Shown: positions 10,296 to 20,080 of the stretch, piece by piece | How the letters are laid out: each line of letters starts with the position of its first letter | Numbering within the stretch: position 1 is the first letter of the stretch | Source: Bdellovibrionales bacterium | Lineage (GTDB): Bacteria > Bdellovibrionota > Bdellovibrionia > Bdellovibrionales > DASUEL01 | Length of the DNA stretch: 64,000 nt | Direction of reading: 5' to 3' | Assembly: GCA_050250255.1 (NCBI GenBank) | Contig: JBFWOZ010000011.1 | Location: forward strand, 1 to 64,000 | Position numbers and translations under genes: made by a program | The notes under the pieces: generated by a model | What the model saw: the letters and a program-made list of their open reading frames with translations, nothing else | What the model was told of the DNA's origin: nothing | Database searches by the model: none

Positions 10296-11723
10296 TTAAA
10301 CTTTTTTAATTTCGAAACGGAACGTTGTCCCATCTGTATTAGACTTCTCTAAATCTAAAAATCCGCCGTGGAGATGAGCTATTTGCTTTGCGATGGCTAA
10401 GCCTAGACCAACGCCGGGAATTTGTGCTCGCTGATCTGCGCCGCGGCTAAAGCGTGCAAAAAGTTTTTTCTGATCGTCTTCAGAGATTCCGACACCCTTA
10501 TCGCTGATACGCGTAACGATACGATCCCCTTCTGTACCAACACTAATTTGTATCGTTTGTCGCTCATGAGAATACTTTAAAGCATTTTCAATCAAATTAT
10601 AAAACATCGACTGCAAGAGATCTTGATCTCCACTAACAAGAAATTCTCTCAAGTCTTGTTCTGAGTCTTGATACTGCAACTTAATTCCTACGTTCTTTTT
10701 CTTGGCGATTTTTTCCAGACGCGCAATTGCAGAGACAATCGCTTCATCGACCTGAACCTTTCCTAAAACGAAAGATTTTTGTCCTGAATCCATTCGAGCA
10801 ATAAGCAAAAGATCTTCGATGATTTTAGAAAGATGACTTAATTCATCATGAGCACTCTGAAGAAAGTCATTAATCTCTTCTGTCGATCGCTCTTTTTTTA
10901 GAATAAGATCCAATTCTCCTCTCATTATAGCGAGTGGAGTCTTCAGTTGATGAGAAGCATTTGAGACAAACTGATCTTGGCTATCAAAGGCCTGTTTTAA
11001 GCGGTCGAGCAAACTATTGAGAGTCACCGCGAGCTCATGCAACTCATCTTGAGCGGCCGGCACTGGCACGCGAACACTCAAATCCGTCGCGCTAATCTCT
11101 TTAGCTTTATTAATAATTTCACGAACAGGAATCAACGCTCGGCCGGAAAAGTAATAGCCGCCGATAGCAGCTAAAACAAGCACAAATGGAATCGACGTTA
11201 CGAAAAAAGTAAAAAGAGAAGACATCTGGCGATCCAAGAGCGTTGTTGGCACTGCAATTTGTAAAACCAATTTAGGTACTGGAGGTTGATGGATCGTAAA
11301 ATTTAATAACCGAAAAGGTTCCTTTTTATCAACACCCAGCTCGTAAAGACTTCGGTAAATGATTTGCCCATATGCGAGCTCCGAAAGTTCTCTTGTCGAG
11401 ATAGGAAGCTCGGATTCTCCTAGAGTCACGGAGCGAGCAATAATCTCTCCCTCTAAAGTTCGGATTTGTAAAAAGGCTTTCCCTAGAGGGAACGGAAAAA
11501 TTTTATCTTTAAGCATTTGTCCACGTAATTCAACATCTCCATAACCCCCAATATCAATCGCCTGCGAAAGATCCACAGCGTAATTATAAAGAGTGGCATC
11601 AAAATCAGCTTGGTGGCTCACTTTATAACTGCGATAGAGAACAACGCTGAAACCGATAAGAGTGGTTCCAAAAATAATGACGAACAAAGCTGTTAGACGA
11701 AAGCGGAAACTTGTTATGAACAA
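10296..11723 (-). CDS. sensor histidine kinase (2 TM, HAMP, HisKA, HATPase; CusS/heavy-metal-sensor-like)
   Basis: FVSNASHQLKTPL H-box, NLIENALKY, DKGVGI, GVGLGLAI. Confidence 0.95.
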   Translation of the reverse strand: MFITSFRFRLTALFVIIFGTTLIGFSVVLYRSYKVSHQADFDATLYNYAVDLSQAIDIGGYGDVELRGQMLKDKIFPFPLGKAFLQIRTLEGEIIARSVTLGESELPISTRELSELAYGQIIYRSLYELGVDKKEPFRLLNFTIHQPPVPKLVLQIAVPTTLLDRQMSSLFTFFVTSIPFVLVLAAIGGYYFSGRALIPVREIINKAKEISATDLSVRVPVPAAQDELHELAVTLNSLLDRLKQAFDSQDQFVSNASHQLKTPLAIMRGELDLILKKERSTEEINDFLQSAHDELSHLSKIIEDLLLIARMDSGQKSFVLGKVQVDEAIVSAIARLEKIAKKKNVGIKLQYQDSEQDLREFLVSGDQDLLQSMFYNLIENALKYSHERQTIQISVGTEGDRIVTRISDKGVGISEDDQKKLFARFSRGADQRAQIPGVGLGLAIAKQIAHLHGGFLDLEKSNTDGTTFRFEIKKV

Positions 11724-12398
11724 TTATGCGCCCTCTTTCATTACATAGCCAACGCCCACAACGGTATGAATCAACCTCAAGGGAAATGGTGCATCTACCT
11801 TTTTTCGAAGCATATTGACGTAGACATCGATGACATTACTTTCGTTATCGAAATGAATGTCCCACACATGCTCTGCTAATTCTGTACGGCTTAAAGGGCG
11901 ATTCACGTTTCGTAAAAAGTATTCAAGCAGTGCAAACTCTTTAGCAGTTAATGAAATCTCTTGGCCCATTCTTAACACTTGCCGAGTCACAAGATTCATT
12001 TCTAAATCTTGAAATTTGAGCTCACTATTCACTTGAGCGCTTTTACGCCTTAAAAGAGCGCGCACTCGCGCGAGGAGTTCTTCGAATTCAAAGGGCTTGG
12101 TTAAATAATCATCTGCACCGGCATCTAGGCCATGAACCTTGTCCTTGGTTCCTGACAATGCCGTGAGCATAAGGAGTGGGCCTGTGTATCCATCAGATCT
12201 TAAGTGTCTGGCAGTGTCGATTCCATTTTGCCCTGGCAACATGACATCTAACACGACAAGGTCGTATTCATTCTCGGCAACGAGAGACTCTGCTATTCCT
12301 CCCGACTCAGCGATATCCACTGAGTAGCCGACCTCCTCAAGGCCTCTTTTTAAAAAAGATGCCATTTTTTTTTGGTCTTCAACGACAAGTAACCTCAT
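11724..12398 (-). CDS. OmpR/PhoB-family response regulator (CusR-like)
   Basis: LVVED, LDVMLP, GADDYLTKPF, SNVIDVYV, IHTVVGVGY; ATG 12398 overlaps the upstream TGA (ATGA). Confidence 0.95.
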   Translation of the reverse strand: MRLLVVEDQKKMASFLKRGLEEVGYSVDIAESGGIAESLVAENEYDLVVLDVMLPGQNGIDTARHLRSDGYTGPLLMLTALSGTKDKVHGLDAGADDYLTKPFEFEELLARVRALLRRKSAQVNSELKFQDLEMNLVTRQVLRMGQEISLTAKEFALLEYFLRNVNRPLSRTELAEHVWDIHFDNESNVIDVYVNMLRKKVDAPFPLRLIHTVVGVGYVMKEGA

Positions 12399-13186
12399 TC
12401 GAACCTCAAGATCGCATCGAGATTTTTCCACTTTGTACCTTCTTTGACTTTGGGAACGGTACGGCCCACCACCTCAAGCAATTTGTGCTCTCCATTGGCT
12501 GAGGGTGTTTTATCAAAATAGAAAAGTAGAGGGTCAACAAGCGCTGCAATCACAAAACTTGATGGTTTCATTTTAATCACCACCACTTCTTTTTTCCTTA
12601 GTATCGTGTCCGGCTCTTTAAAAAATTTAAAACCTACGGTTTCTAATCGATCTAAAACAGGCAACCGAATGGATATGGTTTTACCGTCCATCAACTCCTT
12701 CCAATGTTTGTTGAGTTTCGGGTGAATTTGATCTACCGCCGTCAGATCTGGGTCAAACTTCTCATCATCCTTCTTAGTCTTCCCCTCTTTTGTATATTGA
12801 AAATAGATTTTTCCTTCTTTGATCTCAAGAGAACCTTCTTCACGTAACTGATGCTGCTGAAAAATAATTTTCTGAAGTTTGTCTGAAGAATAATAAACTT
12901 CTTCAGTAGCTACAGGCGCACCTTCGAGGCTTTTAAAACTTCTCGTCACCTTTTTTTGATCTGCGGGAGTCGCGGGTATATGCGAATCGTCTCTTGTGAA
13001 ACGAAACAAGTGTAGCTCTGTTTTTTTATCAAGAATGTCCGCCTTGAGAAGAGAGAGATTTTTTGTCTCCACTTTCGCGCTCATTTTTGCATCAGCCTGG
13101 GGAGTTTTTTGTTGTTCCTTCGCCCATAAATAATCACCAAAAAACAAACTAAATACTAAAACTGCCGTGAGGATAATTTCGTTCAT
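12395..13186 (-). CDS. hypothetical exported protein, first gene of the two-component operon
   Basis: RBS AGGAG, N-terminal hydrophobic signal, translationally coupled to the regulator. Confidence 0.8.
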   Translation of the reverse strand: MNEIILTAVLVFSLFFGDYLWAKEQQKTPQADAKMSAKVETKNLSLLKADILDKKTELHLFRFTRDDSHIPATPADQKKVTRSFKSLEGAPVATEEVYYSSDKLQKIIFQQHQLREEGSLEIKEGKIYFQYTKEGKTKKDDEKFDPDLTAVDQIHPKLNKHWKELMDGKTISIRLPVLDRLETVGFKFFKEPDTILRKKEVVVIKMKPSSFVIAALVDPLLFYFDKTPSANGEHKLLEVVGRTVPKVKEGTKWKNLDAILRFE

Positions 13187-13319
13187 GAGACTCCTTTTGT
13201 TTTGCGTGCGACTTTACGCGCCAAGCATGCTCGATTTTAGTCCTGTTGTCGTCCATAAAGCACACCCTGACAATACCTGGCATACCGAGTCGTTTCCGTC
13301 TGTGTTAGACTAAATAGAC

Positions 13320-15269
13320 ATGAAAAAAAATGAGCTAAAAATCCTAATCGTTGAGGATGATAAAACATTTTCGGAAGCTCTTAAACAGGCGATCATGAAA
13401 GCCGGCTATACCGCCCTCGTAGCGCACAATCCAAGCGACGCACTTGAGCTTCGTAAAACAAATGATTTTTCGATTCTCCTCATTGATTGTTTACTGCCGA
13501 AAACGACCGGCGTAGAACTCGCACTTCAACTCAAGGGCAGCAGCTCCGTCCCTACCATCGTCATTTTAATGAGTGCTATTTTTAAAGATAAGAATTTTAT
13601 GAAAGATTCCTGTTCTAAAACAGGAGCCACACACTTTCTCACAAAACCTTTCAACGTTGAAGACTTAATAAAAATTCTTAATACAGAACTAGCGTCCATG
13701 GTGGATGACACCTTCCCTCCTCTCGTCGAACTTCTGATGAAGGACAATCCTACTCCGGGCGAAAAATTGATGGCAATAAAGCTCACAACCACATCGCATG
13801 GATACGATATCCCTCGCATCATTGGCCTTCTTATGTCTTCTGTTTCGGAAAACGGCCTTTTAGAACTTACGGATCATGAGAACAGAACATCTACAATTTA
13901 TTTTGAGAAAAATCGGCTCGTAAGAGTTGAGTCTCAAGATCGGCAATCTTATTTCGGATCTCTCTTGGCAGAAAAAAAATTGATTCCTCACGACATTCTT
14001 GAGGCTGCACTAAAGAACGACAATCCAGACAACAAGCGTGTTGGCGAACGTTTAGTTGAGGCGAATCTGTTAAGTCCACATTACATTTCACTGATCAATA
14101 CAGAACAGATGGCGATTCGCCTAAGCACTTTGATTCAAAATATTAACTACGGTATTTCTTTTAAAGAAGCTCCGGTGTCTGAGTCGGAAGGACATTTCGA
14201 TAAACCTAATCTCGCTGCTTTTTTTAATGACTGTGTTGACGCAAAACTCTCTCTCGACTGGTTAAAAAATTATTATTTGAATTGGCAAGACGCTCAAATC
14301 AAGTTCACAAAACTTTTTGAAAAATCAAACCCTATTCTTACTTATGGTTCTATTTCTCGAGTTAAAAATCTTATTTCCCAAATCGAGGGGAATACGACGC
14401 TCGCCCAACTTTTGGAAGCTCACAAAGAAAACATTAGCGATGTTTATAATGCTGTCCATCTTTTGACTTTACATCAAATGATCTACTTTGAACGTAAAGC
14501 AAAGACAATTGATACGACTCTCCAAGCAGCAAGACTCACTCAACTACAAAACGAGTATGTGACAAAAGATGATTTTGAAGTTCTTGGTATTCCTCGACGA
14601 AGCAAGCCTATCGATATTAAAAAGGCGTACTATGAGCTCTCTAAACGCTATCATCCAGATAAGCTCCCGCAGAATGTTGAAAAAAATATTCTTGATCTTA
14701 CCACGTACGTTTATTCTAAAATTACGGCAGCCTACAACAGACTCATTGATGACGAACAAAGAGCCAACTACCTCAAAGAATTAGAGGTTGGCCAAGCAAG
14801 TAAGATCATGGAAGCCGAACGTCACATCGAAGAAGGAAAAAGTCTCCTGAAAGTTGGCCAGGCCTCTAAGGCTTATGAGAAATTTAAGACCGCGAGCACT
14901 CTGCGTCCCATGAACAGCGAATTGCAGCTACTCTTGATTTGGGCACAGCTTGCCGCTCTCAACATGACAGCTCCAAAGTCAGAGGAAACCTTGGTTCAAG
15001 CCAGCATGGCGCTCAACAAGATTTTGCCTGAGGATCGCCATAACGCTTTTTATTATTTTGTAAAGGCCCTTTATCAGAAGCATGTCGGAGACTACCCTTC
15101 TGCTCTTGATAATTTAAATCATGCGGTCTCTCTTCAACCAGACTTCATTGAAGCCAAGCGAGAACTCAATCTTCTACAAATTACCATGAAGAAAACCTCG
15201 ACTAAATCAACAAGCATTCTTAATGCAGATCTCAAAGATGTGGTCGGAATGTTATTTAAACGGAAGTAA
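13320..15269 (+). CDS. receiver + DUF4388-like + DnaJ (J-domain) + TPR protein
   Basis: ILIVEDD...LIDCLLP...KPF receiver; FEVLGI...KKAYYELSKRYHPDK J-domain; C-terminal TPR-like helices. Confidence 0.85.
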   Translation: MKKNELKILIVEDDKTFSEALKQAIMKAGYTALVAHNPSDALELRKTNDFSILLIDCLLPKTTGVELALQLKGSSSVPTIVILMSAIFKDKNFMKDSCSKTGATHFLTKPFNVEDLIKILNTELASMVDDTFPPLVELLMKDNPTPGEKLMAIKLTTTSHGYDIPRIIGLLMSSVSENGLLELTDHENRTSTIYFEKNRLVRVESQDRQSYFGSLLAEKKLIPHDILEAALKNDNPDNKRVGERLVEANLLSPHYISLINTEQMAIRLSTLIQNINYGISFKEAPVSESEGHFDKPNLAAFFNDCVDAKLSLDWLKNYYLNWQDAQIKFTKLFEKSNPILTYGSISRVKNLISQIEGNTTLAQLLEAHKENISDVYNAVHLLTLHQMIYFERKAKTIDTTLQAARLTQLQNEYVTKDDFEVLGIPRRSKPIDIKKAYYELSKRYHPDKLPQNVEKNILDLTTYVYSKITAAYNRLIDDEQRANYLKELEVGQASKIMEAERHIEEGKSLLKVGQASKAYEKFKTASTLRPMNSELQLLLIWAQLAALNMTAPKSEETLVQASMALNKILPEDRHNAFYYFVKALYQKHVGDYPSALDNLNHAVSLQPDFIEAKRELNLLQITMKKTSTKSTSILNADLKDVVGMLFKRK

Positions 15270-15290
15270 AATCAAGAAACAGGTAAAGTT

Positions 15291-16043
15291 TTATCTCTTT
15301 CGAGTGGCAGAGTACTGACGTGCGAGAGCTTTTGCGAACTCCATGCGCTCTCGATCGATATCACTATAAAGACCATCTTTTTCTTCCTGACGAAAATCTT
15401 TTACTTGATCGGCCACTAAGGCTTTATTAAAACCTTGATAGGCAGGAAGCTTTGTACGCCCAGCGATTTCTCTATATTTTTTGGAACGTTTATTTTTCTG
15501 CTCTTCGCTCTCTTTGAGTCGCTCTTGAAAAGAGGCAAGAGAGGTTCTCTTCTCTGCTGTAGCCTTTGGAGTCGAGTAGTTCACAGGTTTAGCTGCAGGA
15601 CTTTTTGATTCTTTCTCATGAACAAAAATGTCTTCATCAGATCCTGCGGTGTACTCAGCTTTTTCGTATTTATCGAGAAGGACATCTTCGTTAAGATTTA
15701 ATAAGTTGGCAATTAATTCAATCATTGTATGAGGCGAGACGGGAGATTCTAAAACGGTCACCGCTTTTTTATCCGCAGGCATCAAAGCTTTGCCCTTGGG
15801 ATTGATAAAAATTGTTGGCGGGATATTCGCTTTTTTTTGCAGAAGCTTTGGAAGTGTTTTGGTTCCATTCACTCGATGGCCCTGAGCTGTAATAACAAGC
15901 ATGTCGGGGTTGAAGGCCATTAATTTTTCATAGACGGCTAAATCATTCTGTATGCCGACTACATCAAAGCCTACCTTTTTGAGTAGCGTTTCGAGGAAAA
16001 TCAATTCCTTGTATTCTTCAATTGCGAGGAGAATGCGAGCCAT
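15291..16043 (-). CDS. atypical (pseudo-)receiver domain protein
   Basis: N-terminal receiver-like pattern (RILLAIEE...PDMLVIT) lacking the phosphoacceptor Asp and the conserved Lys; charged C-terminal tail. Confidence 0.55.
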   Translation of the reverse strand: MARILLAIEEYKELIFLETLLKKVGFDVVGIQNDLAVYEKLMAFNPDMLVITAQGHRVNGTKTLPKLLQKKANIPPTIFINPKGKALMPADKKAVTVLESPVSPHTMIELIANLLNLNEDVLLDKYEKAEYTAGSDEDIFVHEKESKSPAAKPVNYSTPKATAEKRTSLASFQERLKESEEQKNKRSKKYREIAGRTKLPAYQGFNKALVADQVKDFRQEEKDGLYSDIDRERMEFAKALARQYSATRKR

Positions 16044-16131
16044 AGGTTATTTTGTCCTCTATGGTCAATGGGGTCAATGAGTGGTTGGGCGAGTATTGAC
16101 GCCATTAGCAAATAATTGTTAAGTAGGAGAG

Positions 16132-16998
16132 ATGAAAATCAGTGGTTTTACCGTCGTTCGAAACGCCATCCTCATGGGCTACCCTATTTTAGAATCCATC
16201 AAAAGCATTCTGCCTTTAGTCGATGAATTTATTGTAGGCGTGGGGCAATCGGACGACGAAACTAAAAAACTCATCGAAGGTCTAAATGAGAAGAAAATCA
16301 AAATTTTTGATTCCTTTTGGGATACAAAAAAGACAAAGGGTGGGTTGATTCTAAGTGAAAAAACGAATGAGGCTCTGGCTCATTGTCAAAATGATTGGTG
16401 TTTCTATCTTCAAGCCGACGAAGCCGTTCACGAACAAGACTATTCAAAAATATTAGAGGCAGTGAAAAGGTATGATTCAGATCCTGAGACGCAGGGACTT
16501 CTTTTTCGCTACCTTCACTTTTATGGTTCCTACCACACGATAGCAACAGCAAGAAACTGGTACCGCTATGAAATACGGCTTGTTCGCAAAAGCACAGGAA
16601 TTCAAAGTTTCAATGATGCTCAGGGTTTTCGGGTCCACGGTCAAAAACCTTATGTACGACTCACCAATGCCCATATTCATCACTACGGCTGGGTTAAACC
16701 TCCACAGCTGATGGGACAAAAAAGCAAGCTTCTTAGCCGCTGGTGGCATGGCAACAAACTCGATGAACAGTTTCAAAACTTTCAGTATCGCAAAGAGTAT
16801 GGCTTACGGCCTTACAAAGGCACCCATCCGGCCGTCATGAAAGAGCTTGTAGCCTCTCAAAATTGGAACTTTAATCCACGTATGCAGCTCTCAGATTGGA
16901 CCCCGCAACAGGTCAATTACTTAGCAAGCGACCTCTTTGAGAGCGTCTTTCGCTACCGTATTGGAGAATACAAAAACTATAAACTCCTAAGAGATTAA
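16132..16998 (+). CDS. glycosyltransferase family 2 (GT-A)
   Basis: ISGFTVVRN, SDDET, WCFYLQADE, HHYGWV. Confidence 0.85.
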   Translation: MKISGFTVVRNAILMGYPILESIKSILPLVDEFIVGVGQSDDETKKLIEGLNEKKIKIFDSFWDTKKTKGGLILSEKTNEALAHCQNDWCFYLQADEAVHEQDYSKILEAVKRYDSDPETQGLLFRYLHFYGSYHTIATARNWYRYEIRLVRKSTGIQSFNDAQGFRVHGQKPYVRLTNAHIHHYGWVKPPQLMGQKSKLLSRWWHGNKLDEQFQNFQYRKEYGLRPYKGTHPAVMKELVASQNWNFNPRMQLSDWTPQQVNYLASDLFESVFRYRIGEYKNYKLLRD

Positions 16999-17071
16999 GG
17001 GAACCTTACCTCTAGCCGACCCTATGAAAACGTGCTAGCTTATGGGGATCATTTATTAAAGCGAGAATTCT

Positions 17072-17968
17072 ATGGAAAAAAAACGTACAGAAACTATCCA
17101 ACTCCCTCCCCGCAGCTTTGAAGTTAAGGGCGACAAATTGACCGTTAAAATTGGTCAAGGTCACAAACTCTCGGTGATCGCCGGTCCTTGCGTGGTGGAG
17201 GAAGAATCCCTCATGATGGAAACAGCTCGTCGTCTTGTCGATATCTGTGAGCGACTTGATGTAGGCCTTATTTTTAAAAGTTCTTATGAAAAAGATAATC
17301 GCGGAAGTGAAAAAAACTGGCGTGGCCCTATGGCCATTGATGGTTTAAAAATTCTTGCAAAAATTCGTAAAGAGTTCGGAATTCCTATCCTCAGCGACAT
17401 TCATCGCCAAGAAGACGTCGAGATGGCCGCCGAATATTTAGATGTTCTCCAAATTCCCGCTTATCTTTGTCAACAAACCTCCCTCGTTCTTGCTTGCGGA
17501 CAGACAGGGCGTGCGATTAACGTAAAAAAGGGACAATTTCTCGCTCCAGAAAATATGTCGAGCGCTGTAAGTAAACTTCGCTCTGTCGGTAACAAGAACG
17601 TTCTTCTTACTGAGCGTGGAGCTTGTTTTGGTTACAATCGCTTAGTGGCCGACATGCGCTCGATCCCCGTTATGCAAAGCCTCGGTGCTCCGGTGGTATT
17701 TGACGCCACTCACGTCGTACGTCTGTACGGTATTTCAAGTGCGGATCCTGCAGGTGGGGAACCGGCTTATGTCCCTCACCTCACATTAGCTGCCGTCGCT
17801 GCTGGTGCAGACGCTCTCTTTTTAGAGACTCATCCAGATCCAATGAAGGCGAAATGTGATGCGGCTTCGCAATTGAATCTCAATAACTTTGAGAATCTTG
17901 TGAAGATGGCCGTCAATGTACGCAAAGCCATTGGTACTCCCGAAAACGTAGGACAGATGTCTCTTTAA
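17072..17968 (+). CDS. kdsA: 3-deoxy-D-manno-octulosonate 8-phosphate synthase (metal-dependent type)
   Basis: IAGPCVVE, LQIPAYLC, NVKKGQFLAP, TERG, FDATH, FLETHPDP; KANRS motif altered to KDNRG. Confidence 0.9.
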   Translation: MEKKRTETIQLPPRSFEVKGDKLTVKIGQGHKLSVIAGPCVVEEESLMMETARRLVDICERLDVGLIFKSSYEKDNRGSEKNWRGPMAIDGLKILAKIRKEFGIPILSDIHRQEDVEMAAEYLDVLQIPAYLCQQTSLVLACGQTGRAINVKKGQFLAPENMSSAVSKLRSVGNKNVLLTERGACFGYNRLVADMRSIPVMQSLGAPVVFDATHVVRLYGISSADPAGGEPAYVPHLTLAAVAAGADALFLETHPDPMKAKCDAASQLNLNNFENLVKMAVNVRKAIGTPENVGQMSL

Positions 17969-18014
17969 AAATAGAGCATAGTGATTTCTAAGCTTAAGAA
18001 TTCAAGGAGGATGA

Positions 18015-19121
18015 TTGAGCTTGTACAAAGGACGCCTGGCCGGAAGATATATTTTCGTTGAAATGCTCCCTGCATTTGTCATCGGCGTTATGGTTTTTAT
18101 TTTCATTCTTCTCATGTTTCAAATTCTACGCCTCACGGAATTTGTACTTGTCCATGGCGTAGACATTCGTACCGTTCTCGAAATTGTTCTTTTTTTAACG
18201 ATCAGTTTCCTCCCCGCCGTCCTCCCTATGAGTCTCCTCTTTTCCGTCCTTCTTTCGTTTAGTCGGCTCAGCAGTGACTCAGAAATCGTGGCGTTTAAGG
18301 CTGCAGGTCTGCACCTAGGGTACTTAACCGTTCCCCCACTGGTATTAGGAATCATCGTTGCGGCTTTTTCGGCCCATATTTCTTTTTACTCGGCCCCTTG
18401 GGGAAACCGACAGTTTGAAGTTTTAATTACAAAGCTTGGAAATTCCAAAGCCGCAGCGACCATTCGCGAAGGAACTTTCTCCGAAGGTTTTTTTGATATG
18501 GTCATGTACGCGCAAACTGTGGATACGAAGAATAATCGACTCTCAAACGTATTTATTTATGATGAACGTGATGCGGGTAATCCAATCACCATCATTGCTA
18601 AATCTGGACAAATCACGCCCAACACGAATGAACAAAAAGTGGGAGCGCTTTTAAAACTCACACAAGGTCACATCCACCGTACAACCAATGATTCGTACAC
18701 GAAAATTAACTTCGATTCCTACGATCTTAATCTTTCTCGACCTATCGGTGAAGTCACAGCAGAAAAATCCATTCTTTCACATACCATTACGGATTTAAAA
18801 ACCCAGATGCAGGACTCGAGTCTTCCTGAAGACAAACGAAAAATTCTTCTCAACGAATATCACAAGCGTTGGGCGATCTCGGCCGCCTGCATTCTCTTTT
18901 CGATTCTCGGAGTGGGTTTAGGCGCCGTCACTCATAAAAGAACGGTCCGTTCTGGAAGCCTTATTATCTCTTTAGGTGTCATTATCGCCTATTGGGGTCT
19001 TTACGTCACAGGAGATGCCGTCGCCAGACAAGGCTATCTCCCCTCTTGGCTCGCAATCTGGAACGCCAATATTTTCTTTAGTTTCCTCGCCGCTTGGTTT
19101 TTGAGAAAAAACTGGAATTGA
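18015..19121 (+). CDS. lptF: LPS export ABC permease, LptF-like
   Basis: RLSSDSEIVAFKAAG, EYHKR, 3+3 TM layout; TTG start after GGAGG. Confidence 0.85.
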   Translation: MSLYKGRLAGRYIFVEMLPAFVIGVMVFIFILLMFQILRLTEFVLVHGVDIRTVLEIVLFLTISFLPAVLPMSLLFSVLLSFSRLSSDSEIVAFKAAGLHLGYLTVPPLVLGIIVAAFSAHISFYSAPWGNRQFEVLITKLGNSKAAATIREGTFSEGFFDMVMYAQTVDTKNNRLSNVFIYDERDAGNPITIIAKSGQITPNTNEQKVGALLKLTQGHIHRTTNDSYTKINFDSYDLNLSRPIGEVTAEKSILSHTITDLKTQMQDSSLPEDKRKILLNEYHKRWAISAACILFSILGVGLGAVTHKRTVRSGSLIISLGVIIAYWGLYVTGDAVARQGYLPSWLAIWNANIFFSFLAAWFLRKNWN

Positions 19122-19970
19122 GAGAAGCGCCTGCACATCTTGCGCATCACGAATTGGGAAAGCACCGTTCGCGAGCAAATCACAACTCCCACTCCAGTTA
19201 CGCAACACCGGAGAGCCGGGCACCACTCCTAAATTACGATGATTTTCTATCGCTAAACGTGCGGTCATAATAGAACCACTTTTTCTTTTAGCTTCAATGA
19301 GTAAAAGCATAGGAGAAAGTGCTACAATCAAGCGATTTCGCTGATGGAAATAATAATTTCTGATCGGTTCGTAAGGAAGAAGCTCGCTGACGACGGCACC
19401 CCGGTACTTAATGATTTCGGGGATCATCGTAAGTAAAGTCGGCGGATAACATTCCGCGAGTCCCGAGGGTAAAAAAGCTACTGTCGGAGATTTTTTAGAA
19501 ACTGCGATGTAGTGTGCCCACTGATCAACCCCACGTGCACCACCGCTGACAAAACAAACTCCTTCTTTTGCTAACGCAGGAAGGTGCGTGGTCATCCACT
19601 CCCGAGAAAGGGAGTGAGCCTCTCGACTGCCAACAATAGAGAGCGTTTTTTCAAATGGATGTTTGAGAGTGCCCCAATAAATAAGATTGAGTGGGGGTGA
19701 CTCTAAATCCAAAAGCGAAGCTGGATAATCGGGATGGCCCGGCCAGACGTGACGAGCGGAATGTTTTTTTATCCATTCCCAATTCTTTGTGACGTATCGC
19801 CACTTCTGCGAAACTTCCTCGGGCTCCAACTTTTTCCCAAGCCATTCCTCCATTTGGGAGTGCAAACCCTCGAGGGACTTTGACTCCTTTAGTAATTGTT
19901 GGAAATTTTGAAAAGGGATCCCACCAAAAGCCTGTAAAAAAAGTGCCGTCCAAGATTCTCGTTGAGTCAT
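18972..19970 (-). CDS. dprA: DNA-processing protein DprA
   Basis: YPASL, SIVGSR, VSGGARGVDQWAH, FHQRNRLI, EAKRKSGSIMTA, VPGSP; ATG 19970 follows GGAGG. Confidence 0.92.
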   Translation of the reverse strand: MTQRESWTALFLQAFGGIPFQNFQQLLKESKSLEGLHSQMEEWLGKKLEPEEVSQKWRYVTKNWEWIKKHSARHVWPGHPDYPASLLDLESPPLNLIYWGTLKHPFEKTLSIVGSREAHSLSREWMTTHLPALAKEGVCFVSGGARGVDQWAHYIAVSKKSPTVAFLPSGLAECYPPTLLTMIPEIIKYRGAVVSELLPYEPIRNYYFHQRNRLIVALSPMLLLIEAKRKSGSIMTARLAIENHRNLGVVPGSPVLRNWSGSCDLLANGAFPIRDAQDVQALLSIPVFSQKPSGEETKENIGVPDCEPRGEIALSGDGISCDVKTPIGDNDT

Positions 19971-20080
19971 TGCAATGCCTCCCGCACAAGGGCTCATGCA
20001 AACTCATTGAGAACAGTGAACACATCATTCAAAGACTTTACACATACGAGGGCCGACGGTTTACGAATATATAGACACGT

